64,000 bases of DNA, taken from positions 626 to 64,625 of the forward strand of contig CAZDCG010000003.1 in NCBI GenBank assembly GCA_964503955.1. The letters run 5' to 3'. The translations under genes were made by a program, and so were the position numbers. This stretch comes from an uncultured Gammaproteobacteria bacterium (lineage in GTDB: Bacteria > Patescibacteriota > Patescibacteriia > VMEV01 > CAYQCH01). Below, piece after piece: positions 8,656 through 16,072 of the stretch (position 1 is its first letter; each line of letters opens with the position of its first letter). Below the pieces are notes generated by a model that saw only the letters and a program-made list of their open reading frames with translations, was not told the DNA's origin and did no database searches.

Positions 8656-9399
8656 CTAGGCGCAGGCGAGCTCGGGGGCCTGCTTGCGGACCCAGTCCTC
8701 GCTGGGGCCGCCCGCGAGCAGGAAGCTGTCGAGGAGCTTCTTGCTGAAGGCCTTCGCCAGGATCTTCCCGTACGGCTCGTCGAGCTCGGGGTTGCCGTCG
8801 ATGTCGTTGAAGAACGTCTCGGGCCCCGCGAGATCTCGCTTGAGCACGCGCCGCAGGCGCTTGATGCCGTAGGCCTCGGCGATCTCCCACAGCGCCTGGT
8901 TGAGGAGGCTGTGGTTGTGGTGCACCCAGGCCAGCGAGGGGGAGTCCATGAAGGACTGGTCGCAGTCGCAGTGGAGCTCGGTGAGCCCCATCTGCACGAA
9001 GGCGTTCAGGAACTCCGACGGCTTGGCCTTCTCCGAGACCATCTTCTCGAGGGTCTCGAGCCAGCCGATGACCTCGTTGAGGCCGACGAGCTCGAACTTG
9101 GTCTGGAGCAGGCCTGCCACGCGGCCGGCGTCGGTGCTCATGGCCGGGGCGCTGTACCGCTCCTTGAGCACGAAGTGCTTGGACGCCTCGAGGAGGTCGC
9201 CCTTGGCGCGGGCCGCCTCGAAGGCGTCGCGGCAGGCCTTGGCCTGCTGGCTCTCCAGCATCCACGGATCGCGCAGCCGCTTGGGCGGCTCGAAGTAGCT
9301 GAACGCCTGCTCCTGGCGCTGGATGCGCTTCAGGAAGAAGGTGATGCCGTACTCGAGCTTCTGTCGGGCCTCGTTGCGCAGGTGGTTGAGGGTCTTCAC
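8656..9399 (-). CDS. Hypothetical protein (247 aa), GC-rich, probably horizontally acquired
   Basis: GTG start at 9399 with a perfect AGGAGG 5 nt upstream. About 65% GC. Features HCDCDQ and WVHHNH. The overlapping opposite-strand ORFs are GC-frame artefacts. Confidence 0.5.
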   Translation of the reverse strand: MKTLNHLRNEARQKLEYGITFFLKRIQRQEQAFSYFEPPKRLRDPWMLESQQAKACRDAFEAARAKGDLLEASKHFVLKERYSAPAMSTDAGRVAGLLQTKFELVGLNEVIGWLETLEKMVSEKAKPSEFLNAFVQMGLTELHCDCDQSFMDSPSLAWVHHNHSLLNQALWEIAEAYGIKRLRRVLKRDLAGPETFFNDIDGNPELDEPYGKILAKAFSKKLLDSFLLAGGPSEDWVRKQAPELACA

Positions 9400-9498
9400 G
9401 AGGGCCTCCTTTAATTAGATAAAAGAACAAAAATCAACCTCACTAATATAGCATAAGTGGCCTATTTTGTCAAGTGTTTTAGCAGCCAAAAAACAAAT

Positions 9499-9552
9499 CC
9501 ACCCCAACCGCCGTCGGTCCTTGGATAAGAACTTCGAGCGATGGGGGTGGTC
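9499..9552. repeat. GC-rich stem-loop element E2, immediately 3' of the 112-aa gene
   Basis: CCACCCCAACCGCCGTCGGTCC...GAGCGATGGGGGTGGTC, homologous to E1. Begins 12 nt after the stop of 9565..9903. Confidence 0.55.
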
Positions 9553-9564
9553 AAAGACGAGGCG

Positions 9565-9903
9565 CTAGAGCAGGCTATTGAGCCATTCGTACAGCAACGT
9601 CAGGCTCTCGTCGGTGCTGGAGAAGGTGCCGTCCTGCGTCACGGCGGCGTTCTCGTAGAACACGAAATGGCCGTTGTCCTGCGCGTAACGGACCAGCGCG
9701 AGACGCGGACACCGCATGACGCTTGAGGAGCGGATCATGCTGGGCTCGCTGAGGTTCTTGGCGAGCCACTCCTCCTTGCCGTCCCACTGGCGGATTTCGG
9801 GCAGAAAGCCGCGCTCCTGAACGGCGGCCAGCAGCTTGTCCGAGCCACTCACGACATGGTCGGTCATGCTGGCCGGGTACACGTATACGAACAACTTCTT
9901 CAT
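9565..9903 (-). CDS. Hypothetical small protein, paralog A
   Basis: Paralogous to 9952..10338: YAQDNGHFVFYENAAVTQDG versus FAKRHGHFLFFGRFAILSDE, and both end ...LLYEWL / ...LLSHWL. Confidence 0.5.
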   Translation of the reverse strand: MKKLFVYVYPASMTDHVVSGSDKLLAAVQERGFLPEIRQWDGKEEWLAKNLSEPSMIRSSSVMRCPRLALVRYAQDNGHFVFYENAAVTQDGTFSSTDESLTLLYEWLNSLL

Positions 9904-9951
9904 TGGTCCCCTTTTCAGCAGCGGCCGATTACCGCTGAGTGGGCGATTACA

Positions 9952-10338
9952 TCATAGTTCAGACGGCAAGTCAACGGCGCGGGCAGATTCCCACTGATGC
10001 GCAAGCCAGTGGCTGAGCAGAGCGGCCGCATCTTGATCCATGACATAGGTCTCATCAGAGAGGATCGCAAAACGGCCAAAGAATAAAAAGTGGCCATGCC
10101 TTTTTGCAAAATGTGCGATCTGCGCGACGGTGCAATCCATGGATTGCGAAATGCGTATCAGGCTTGGCGGCGCATGCACAGGAATTGAAGAAAGTTTCCC
10201 ATTCCAGAGATATGCTTCAGGGATAATCCTTTGCTTGCTCAGGGTATCCGCCAGCCAAAAAGACAGAGCGGCCAATTGTTTGAAGCTCATCGGTGACGGC
10301 TGATAGATCCGGACGCGTTTTATCTTCCTGTTAGGCAT
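9952..10338 (-). CDS. Hypothetical small protein, paralog B
   Basis: Paralog of 9565..9903. Same strand, in tandem. Confidence 0.5.
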   Translation of the reverse strand: MPNRKIKRVRIYQPSPMSFKQLAALSFWLADTLSKQRIIPEAYLWNGKLSSIPVHAPPSLIRISQSMDCTVAQIAHFAKRHGHFLFFGRFAILSDETYVMDQDAAALLSHWLAHQWESARAVDLPSEL

Positions 10339-10395
10339 ATCTCAGAGACAAAAATCCCTCCTTTTAAGGAGGGAAGTTGCCGGCACTATGCTTTC

Positions 10396-10536
10396 TTAAA
10401 GATCAATACACCAATCCTTACTAATGATACAAAGATCTTTGTTCTTTTTCGTTGCGCCGGTTGAAGGAATTGCCGCCAGTGCGAATACAGCAGTACCCAG
10501 AACAAAGGATGAAAGCAGTCGTTTCAAATCCATAGA
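10396..10536 (-). CDS. Small secreted Cys-containing peptide, hypothetical
   Basis: MDLKRLLSSFVLGTAVFALAAIPSTGA has a signal-peptide-like N-terminus. The mature ~20 aa carries C..C. Start moved to the internal Met. Confidence 0.3.
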   Translation of the reverse strand, partial: SMDLKRLLSSFVLGTAVFALAAIPSTGATKKNKDLCIISKDWCIDL

Positions 10537-10754
10537 AATAATGCGTTTAAGTGAAATCCCCTCGATTCTATTACACAAAAAGCTGAACAATCTGCCGTAG
10601 GTGGTCTATGAGGTTGTAGGTTTTCGTTGTTCGTTTTTCGTGCCTTCTCACTGTATTTCCTAAGACCTAACACCTAAAACCTAGCTCGTTACCTTTTTCA
10701 AAATGCCTCGTATATACTAGTAGATGCGTAACGTATGACGCACTATCTACACCT

Positions 10755-11315
10755 ATGGATCCACAAGAACAGGCGCTGATCGCGTCTGCCAAAGAGGGGA
10801 ACGCGCAAGCTTTTGGCGAGCTTTATGACCGGTATATCAAGTCCATCTACGACTTCATCTACTATAAGACCTGGCATAAAGAAACCGCCGAAGACCTGAC
10901 GAGTCAAACCTTTTTCAAAGCGCTTCGCCAGCTGGCGAGCTATGCGCCGAAAAAGGCGGAGTTCTCCACCTGGCTCTACAGCATCGCACGCAATACCGTC
11001 ATTGACCATTACCGGACAAACCGTCCGCAAGATCCGATTGAAGATGCGCTTGCCCTTTCATCGCAAGGAGAGACCGACATCAGGCTTGACGCCAGGTTGA
11101 AACTTGAAAAGGTCAAAGAGGCCCTTGCCCGGCTCACACCCATGCAGCGCGAAATTATTTTGCTGAGAGTCTGGCAGGAGAAAAGCCATGAGGAAATCGC
11201 GGCGATTACCGGCAAAACGGAATCGGCCGTAAAAATGGCCTATTCACGGGCAATCAAGCAGCTTCGCTCTTCTGTTCCACTTAGCGCTTATCTTTTCTTC
11301 CTCCTTCACCTATGA
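10755..11315 (+). CDS. ECF-type RNA polymerase sigma factor (sigma-70 regions 2 and 4)
   Basis: Region 2: FGELYDRYIKSIYDFIYY...WLYSIARNTVIDHYR. Region 4: EIILLRVWQEKSHEEIAAITGKTESAVKMAYSRAIKQLR. Confidence 0.8.
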   Translation: MDPQEQALIASAKEGNAQAFGELYDRYIKSIYDFIYYKTWHKETAEDLTSQTFFKALRQLASYAPKKAEFSTWLYSIARNTVIDHYRTNRPQDPIEDALALSSQGETDIRLDARLKLEKVKEALARLTPMQREIILLRVWQEKSHEEIAAITGKTESAVKMAYSRAIKQLRSSVPLSAYLFFLLHL

Positions 11316-12784
11316 AAAAACGCTCGATCCAGGAAATCCTTGAGGAGCTCTATGAGCTGGACGCGTCCTTGCGCGGCCGCGAACGGGAGCTTGAACCTCT
11401 GCTTGAGCAGCTGCTCGCCGCCAAGCCGGATACCCGCCTGAACAAGACATTTATCAATAGACTTAAAAAAGAACTTATGCAGGAAATGCAACCAACAGCA
11501 AAGCCGCTGATTGATTTCAAGTCGGCTTTGGGCGGCGCCCTTGCCACCGGGCTTATTGCCGTCGTGCTCTTTGTGGCTGTCGCGCCGAATCGTTCGCTGA
11601 TGCCGCAGATTTCACAGGATGGCAATCTCTCGTTCTTTGCACCGCAGACAACAAGGCTTGGCGGCAAAGCCTTTGGCGTGCTGACAGGCGATGCCTCGCA
11701 GGAAACTGATCTTTCAAAGATTTCCGCCCGCAATCCGGTTCCGGGCTTTGGCGGAGGCGGAGTCGTGGAAGACAGGGAAATGTCTGGTTTGATCTATCGT
11801 CCGGTTGAAGTACGCTATACCTATACAGGCGAGCCGCTTGAACTCACTCAGGAACAGGGGAATGTCTACCGCCGCCTCAAAGGTGAAGCATCCGCGGCAC
11901 AGCTGGCTTCCCATCTGCGATCTGTGAACCTGTCTGTGCTCAATCTTGGATCATTCAGCAATTTGATGCTCAATACCTTTCAGCTCTCTGAAAACCGCGA
12001 CCTGGGACTGCAGCTCTATGTTGATCTGATGGAAAGCTCCATCTCTATCAATCCAAACTGGGAGCGCTGGGGAAATGACTACAATCCGATTCCGGTTGAC
12101 CGGCTTCCATCCGATGAGGAATTGATCGCCATCGCGAATAATTTTCTGAGCAGCCATGGTGTTTCACTCGCGGCCTATGGACAGCCCCAGGTGAATAAAG
12201 AATTCCGTTACTGGATCGCGCTTGAAGGCCAGCCCGCTCCGGAGATCAACGAAATCAATATTGTCTATCCGCTTCAGCAGGAAGGGTTGGAAACTATGGA
12301 AAGCTATGGCGGCTTCTACGGCATCAATGTCAGCATCAACCTTGCACGCCGCCAGGTATACAGCGTGTCTAACCTGATCGCTCCGCATTGGGAACAGTCT
12401 GCCTACGATCTGGTCACTGACGCAGAGCGCGTGCTGGCCGTGGCGGAGCGCGGAGGACAGCCTATCTACTTCTTTGACCAGCCTGAAGAAAACCAGGAAG
12501 TGGTGGAGGTCCAGCTTGACCGGGCGGAACAAGTGTATGTACGTCACTGGGAATACAAGAATGACAAGTCAGAAGAGCTCTTTGTGCCAGCCATTAGATT
12601 CCACGTGGCAGAGCGGCCGGAGAACGCCCCTTACATTCAGGACTATATCGTCGTGCCGTTGATTGACGAGATTCTGAAGTCGTATGAAACGCAGCCGGAT
12701 GGATCCGTCAGACCGGAGCCTCGGCCATTACCGGTTGAACCGTTGATCGACGCGGACGCGCCGGTCGCGAGCACGGAAGGATAA
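11312..12784 (+). CDS. Putative anti-sigma factor / single-pass membrane protein with large extracytoplasmic domain
   Basis: ATGA overlap with the sigma gene. Architecture is ~80 aa cytoplasmic, TM (GGALATGLIAVVLFVAVA), then ~380 aa outside. Paralogous to 13811..14833. Confidence 0.55.
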   Translation: MKKRSIQEILEELYELDASLRGRERELEPLLEQLLAAKPDTRLNKTFINRLKKELMQEMQPTAKPLIDFKSALGGALATGLIAVVLFVAVAPNRSLMPQISQDGNLSFFAPQTTRLGGKAFGVLTGDASQETDLSKISARNPVPGFGGGGVVEDREMSGLIYRPVEVRYTYTGEPLELTQEQGNVYRRLKGEASAAQLASHLRSVNLSVLNLGSFSNLMLNTFQLSENRDLGLQLYVDLMESSISINPNWERWGNDYNPIPVDRLPSDEELIAIANNFLSSHGVSLAAYGQPQVNKEFRYWIALEGQPAPEINEINIVYPLQQEGLETMESYGGFYGINVSINLARRQVYSVSNLIAPHWEQSAYDLVTDAERVLAVAERGGQPIYFFDQPEENQEVVEVQLDRAEQVYVRHWEYKNDKSEELFVPAIRFHVAERPENAPYIQDYIVVPLIDEILKSYETQPDGSVRPEPRPLPVEPLIDADAPVASTEG

Positions 12785-12794
12785 GCTAACGAGA

Positions 12795-12821
12795 AAAACC
12801 TCCCGCAAGGGAGGTTTTTTT
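12795..12821 (+). terminator. Rho-independent terminator
   Basis: CCTCCC-GCAA-GGGAGG followed by T7. Confidence 0.8.
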
Positions 12822-13003
12822 GATGTCTTGGTTCCTGGTTCCTTCTCCCGCTATTGCGCCCTTCCTCGGCCCTTCCTAATTCCCAATTCTTTCGGCTTTG
12901 GGTCTTTAGGATGTTTAAGAACCAGGGGGAGGAATTAGGTATTAGGAATTGAGAAAGCCAGAACTCGCCCAAGCAAGCATCCGCATTTAGAAGTTTATTT
13001 CGG

Positions 13004-13056
13004 CCCTTCTTTTCTAGAGGGGGGGGGAACTATTTCCTTCCCCCTAAAAAAGAGGG
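13004..13056. repeat. Palindromic repeat family copy 2 (CCCTTCTTTTCTAGAGGGGGGGGGAACTATTTCC...CCCCCTAAAAAAGAGGG)
   Basis: Shares the CTTTTCTAGAGGGGG and GAACTATTT modules with 45387..45450 and 32979..32999. Confidence 0.5.
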
Positions 13057-13166
13057 ACTGGACAAAACACGGATCAATCGAGGACGTGGCGAGGGGGTTC
13101 CGGGATGAGATACGGCAATGGACAGAGCACCACGAAGCTGAGCAGATAGCGCCACCCTGGCCTTTC

Positions 13167-13195
13167 CCGCTCGCAGACAGAGCCTACGACTGACC
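13167..13195. repeat. Repeat TCGCAGACAGAGCCTaCGACtGAC (copy 1)
   Basis: About 25 nt nearly identical to 29263..29288. Both are imperfect palindromes in long intergenic regions. Confidence 0.45.
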
Positions 13196-13334
13196 AGCAC
13201 TAGGTGTAACATGCTGCCGCGGCTGATCTTTCCCAATAAAGGAGGGCGGGTGTCAAAACCATGCAACAAAAACAGAACAGCCTGCCGATTATAGTGTAAT
13301 CATGCAATGAGGAGGTATCGTTAATGCTTTGTCT

Positions 13335-13814
13335 ATGCGAAAAGCCTATTTCCCTGGATTTGAAGAGGAGTATACAGAACGCATTGTCCGCCAGCTGAAT
13401 ACGCTTGTCGGTGATCTTTCGATCCACTATCACAACTTGCGGGGTTTTCATTGGAATGTAAAAGGACCGCACTTTCTTGAAACGCATGACTTTACCCAGC
13501 GCATGTATGAAGAGGCGGCAACCATGGCCGATGACCTGGCCGAGCGGATCAACGCGCTTGGAGGCACGCCCATCCATTCAGCCGATGAATTCGTGGAAGT
13601 GGCAAAGATTCCGTCCAAAAAGAATATCGAGCGGGCAAAAGACATCATGGAAGAAACGTTTGACGACAAAGAACAGATTCTGCAGGGACTGCGCATTGTA
13701 CAGCACCACGCAAGAGATTATGAAGATGATACAACGCTTAGTTTGCTGACGAAGTTGATCGCGAAAACAGAAAAAGAACTTTGGATGATTAAATCCTGGC
13801 TTTCCTATTTATGA
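13335..13814 (+). CDS. dps: Dps (DNA-binding ferritin-like protein)
   Basis: HYHNLRGFHWNVKGPHFLETHDF and ferroxidase-site residues. The ORF track starts at TTG 13329; the first ATG is at 13335. The AGGAGG at 13309-13314 is better placed for an out-of-frame 24-codon ATG ORF at 13324. Confidence 0.8.
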   Translation: MRKAYFPGFEEEYTERIVRQLNTLVGDLSIHYHNLRGFHWNVKGPHFLETHDFTQRMYEEAATMADDLAERINALGGTPIHSADEFVEVAKIPSKKNIERAKDIMEETFDDKEQILQGLRIVQHHARDYEDDTTLSLLTKLIAKTEKELWMIKSWLSYL

Positions 13815-14833
13815 AGAAACATGACGCACAATTTCTGCTCTTGTTTGCGGGCTCCGCCACCTTGCTGATTGTCTTTGCATTCCTGCTGCAGCATCCGATG
13901 CAAAGTTCGGCGCATGAAATCAAGGAGGAAGATTCCTCAGCATTGCAATTGCATCGCATTCCGTCCATGGATGCGAAGTTTGAATACGCGGGCGAAGAGT
14001 TTCAAATTCCCACTTTGCTGCCAATCTATAAGAAGATGACCGGCGGGCTTGAGCTGGCGGGTTTGCTCGGCCAGATTGCGCAAACCGATTTCACGCTGCT
14101 TGATATTGGCAGCTTTGATGCATTATCGATTGATTCGCTTGTGCTGCAGCAGGAACGGACGAAGGGATATACCATTAATATCAGCTTGATCGACGAAACA
14201 ATTTTCATTTCACCAAATTGGAATCAATGGGGCGACCGCGTTTACCAGCCGGTTGAAGAGAAAGATTTGCCGGAAGATTCCGCGCTGATTGCTTCGGCCT
14301 CTGCTTTTCTGGCTGAACACGGAATTGATCTGGAACAGTATGGGGATCCGGTTGTTGATCGCGCTTTTCTGCAGTATCAAACAACCGAACCGCTCATGGC
14401 CCCGGCTGAGCTGAATATTATCTACCCGCTTGCCTTTCATGGCTTGCACACCTACGAGCAATTCGGCTCTTTGTACGGGTTGTCGGTCGGGGTGAATACC
14501 AGGACGCTTGAGATCATGCGGGTTTCAAATCTAACAACGCTTGAATTTGAGGAAACAAAAGGCGACCTGATCAGTTCCATTGACGCATTGATCAAGCAAT
14601 TGAATCAGGATGCGGCTGCGCAGCCTGATGCTCCCGTCATCAAACTTGGCAATCCGCAATTGGTCTATGTCCGTGCCTGGGGCATTGATGATCAAGGGCT
14701 TTCCGTTCAGCAATTCGTTCCCGGTTTGCGGTTTGGCGTGATTGAAAAACCGGAGGAATATCCATGGATGACGGATCATCTGATCGTCCCGTTGAATAAA
14801 GATAATAGCGCGATACGTGTTTTCCCGTCATGA
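13811..14833 (+). CDS. Membrane-anchored protein, paralog of the anti-sigma extracytoplasmic domain
   Basis: ISPNWNQWGDRVYQPVEEKDLPEDSALIASASAFLAEHG and YVRAWGIDD...FVPGLRFGVIEKPEEYPWMTDHLIVPL align with 11312..12784. N-terminal TM only. ATGA overlap with dps. Confidence 0.5.
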   Translation: MKKHDAQFLLLFAGSATLLIVFAFLLQHPMQSSAHEIKEEDSSALQLHRIPSMDAKFEYAGEEFQIPTLLPIYKKMTGGLELAGLLGQIAQTDFTLLDIGSFDALSIDSLVLQQERTKGYTINISLIDETIFISPNWNQWGDRVYQPVEEKDLPEDSALIASASAFLAEHGIDLEQYGDPVVDRAFLQYQTTEPLMAPAELNIIYPLAFHGLHTYEQFGSLYGLSVGVNTRTLEIMRVSNLTTLEFEETKGDLISSIDALIKQLNQDAAAQPDAPVIKLGNPQLVYVRAWGIDDQGLSVQQFVPGLRFGVIEKPEEYPWMTDHLIVPLNKDNSAIRVFPS

Positions 14834-14897
14834 CGGTCCTCCTTTGACCCCCGGACAACTCTGTACTAGTGTATTCTTAGCTGCCATCAGGCGAGCG

Positions 14898-14949
14898 CGG
14901 GGTGTCGTATAACGGTAGGACATGTCTGCGGAGGGCGGGCATGCCCAGG
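14898..14949 (+). repeat. Partial duplicate of the tRNA-Pro 5' half (acceptor + D arm), then divergent palindromic sequence
   Basis: CGGGGTGTCGTATAACGGTAG is identical to 15021..15041. It is followed by the GGGCATGCCC palindrome. No T-arm, so not a functional tRNA. Confidence 0.5.
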
Positions 14950-15020
14950 AAAATTCAAAAAGGATTACCTTTCGGGCCGTAGCGCCCACGCCAGCCCTAG
15001 CGCGCAGCATAAAGTGATGT

Positions 15021-15094
15021 CGGGGTGTCGTATAACGGTAGTATATGCCCATGGGGTGGGTAAGGCCGGAGTTCAATTCTCCGCACCCCGACCA
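15021..15094 (+). tRNA. tRNA-Pro (anticodon GGG) with encoded CCA; unusual short variable loop
   Basis: Manual fold: acceptor CGGGGTG/CACCCCG (C1:G72), U8, D-arm GTAT-AACGGTA-GTAT, anticodon arm TGCCC-ATGGGGT-GGGTA (U33, GGG, G37), 4-nt variable loop, T-arm CGGAG-TTCAATT-CTCCG, A73, CCA. Confidence 0.5.
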
Positions 15095-15120
15095 TTTAAA
15101 TCAATTATTTTTTTCTCATT

Positions 15121-16005
15121 ATGAAAGACAAAAAAGCTGTCATCACGGCGATTCTATCGCTTCTGGTCGTGATTGCTCTGATCGTGGCCATTCCGTATTT
15201 CTTTTTCAATGAACAGGATCCGTCAACGGGCGATCAGCCGCAGACGGGGCAGAATGGCCAGGAGCCGCAGCAACCCGTACAGGATGAACGCATCAATGTC
15301 AGCCAGCCTCGGCCAAATGACACGATTGATATGCCTCTTGTCGTGCGCGGTGAAGCGCGCGGCACCTGGTACTTTGAAGCAAGCTTCCCCGTTGAAGTGC
15401 GCAGCGCATCCGGAGAATTACTGGCCATCAAGCCTGCTCAGGCGCAGGGAGAATGGATGACGGAAGATTTTGTGCCGTTTGAAGTAACCTTTGAACATCT
15501 CAACTGGGGCGATGCCAAAGAAGGAGAATTGATTCTGCGCCGTGACAATCCTTCCGGCCTGCCTGAACATGACGCGCATATCACCATTCCGATCCGGTTC
15601 CCGGCATATGAAACCATGGCGGTGAATGTGTATTTCACCAATATCTATGAAGATCCGGAAATGCTAGATTGCGGAGCGGTTGATGCTTCTTCGCGCGGAA
15701 TCAAAAAGACACAGGCCACGGCTCAAGCCGCACTCCAGGAATTATTGGAGGGGCCGACAGAGGCGGAACTTTCCATGGGATTGCGAACCAATATTCCTGA
15801 GGGAACCAAACTCATCCGCGTGACCATCGATAAAGGGGAAGCACGCGCTTTATTCAGCCCGGAACTGGATCGCGGTATCGGCGGTTCCTGCCTCGTTACG
15901 GCTATTCGCGGCCAAATCGAAGAAACGCTGATGCAATTTGATACTGTCACAAGCGTCGTGATCTCGGTTGAAGGAAAAGATGACGCGGAAGTTTTGCAGC
16001 CGTAA
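15121..16005 (+). CDS. Membrane-anchored GerMN / Gmad2 domain protein
   Basis: N-terminal TM. C-terminal ALQELLEGPTEAE...LIRVTIDKGEARALFS...GGSC...SVVISVEGK is typical of GerMN. Confidence 0.55.
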   Translation: MKDKKAVITAILSLLVVIALIVAIPYFFFNEQDPSTGDQPQTGQNGQEPQQPVQDERINVSQPRPNDTIDMPLVVRGEARGTWYFEASFPVEVRSASGELLAIKPAQAQGEWMTEDFVPFEVTFEHLNWGDAKEGELILRRDNPSGLPEHDAHITIPIRFPAYETMAVNVYFTNIYEDPEMLDCGAVDASSRGIKKTQATAQAALQELLEGPTEAELSMGLRTNIPEGTKLIRVTIDKGEARALFSPELDRGIGGSCLVTAIRGQIEETLMQFDTVTSVVISVEGKDDAEVLQP

Positions 16006-16029
16006 CCAGATTGGGGATCATGTTGTAAA

Positions 16030-16065
16030 CAAAAACCGCCCTAGATGAGAAAAAGGCGGTTTTTG
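16030..16065. terminator. Bidirectional rho-independent terminator
   Basis: AAACCGCC...GGCGGTTT stem flanked by A and T runs, between convergent genes. Confidence 0.65.
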
Positions 16066-16072
16066 ATTTGCT

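Noticed and set aside
8516-9430. Long ORFs on both strands (8516..9430 -, 8653..9414 +, 8900..9298 +) overlapping the 247-aa gene
   Set aside because: Low-complexity Arg/Pro/Gly/Ala-rich translations typical of shadow frames in high-GC DNA. The 8656..9399 frame has a proper AGGAGG-GTG start and a coherent protein.
8596-9555. Integron attC (59-be) interpretation of the E1/E2 stem-loops
   Set aside because: No recognisable R''/R' core sites (RYYYAAC / GTTRRRY) at the element ends, and no intI nearby. Kept as an unexplained conserved stem-loop family instead.
14898-14949. Upstream tRNA-like copy as a complete second tRNA
   Set aside because: Only the acceptor 5' strand and D arm are present. 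No T-arm or 3' acceptor can be formed.
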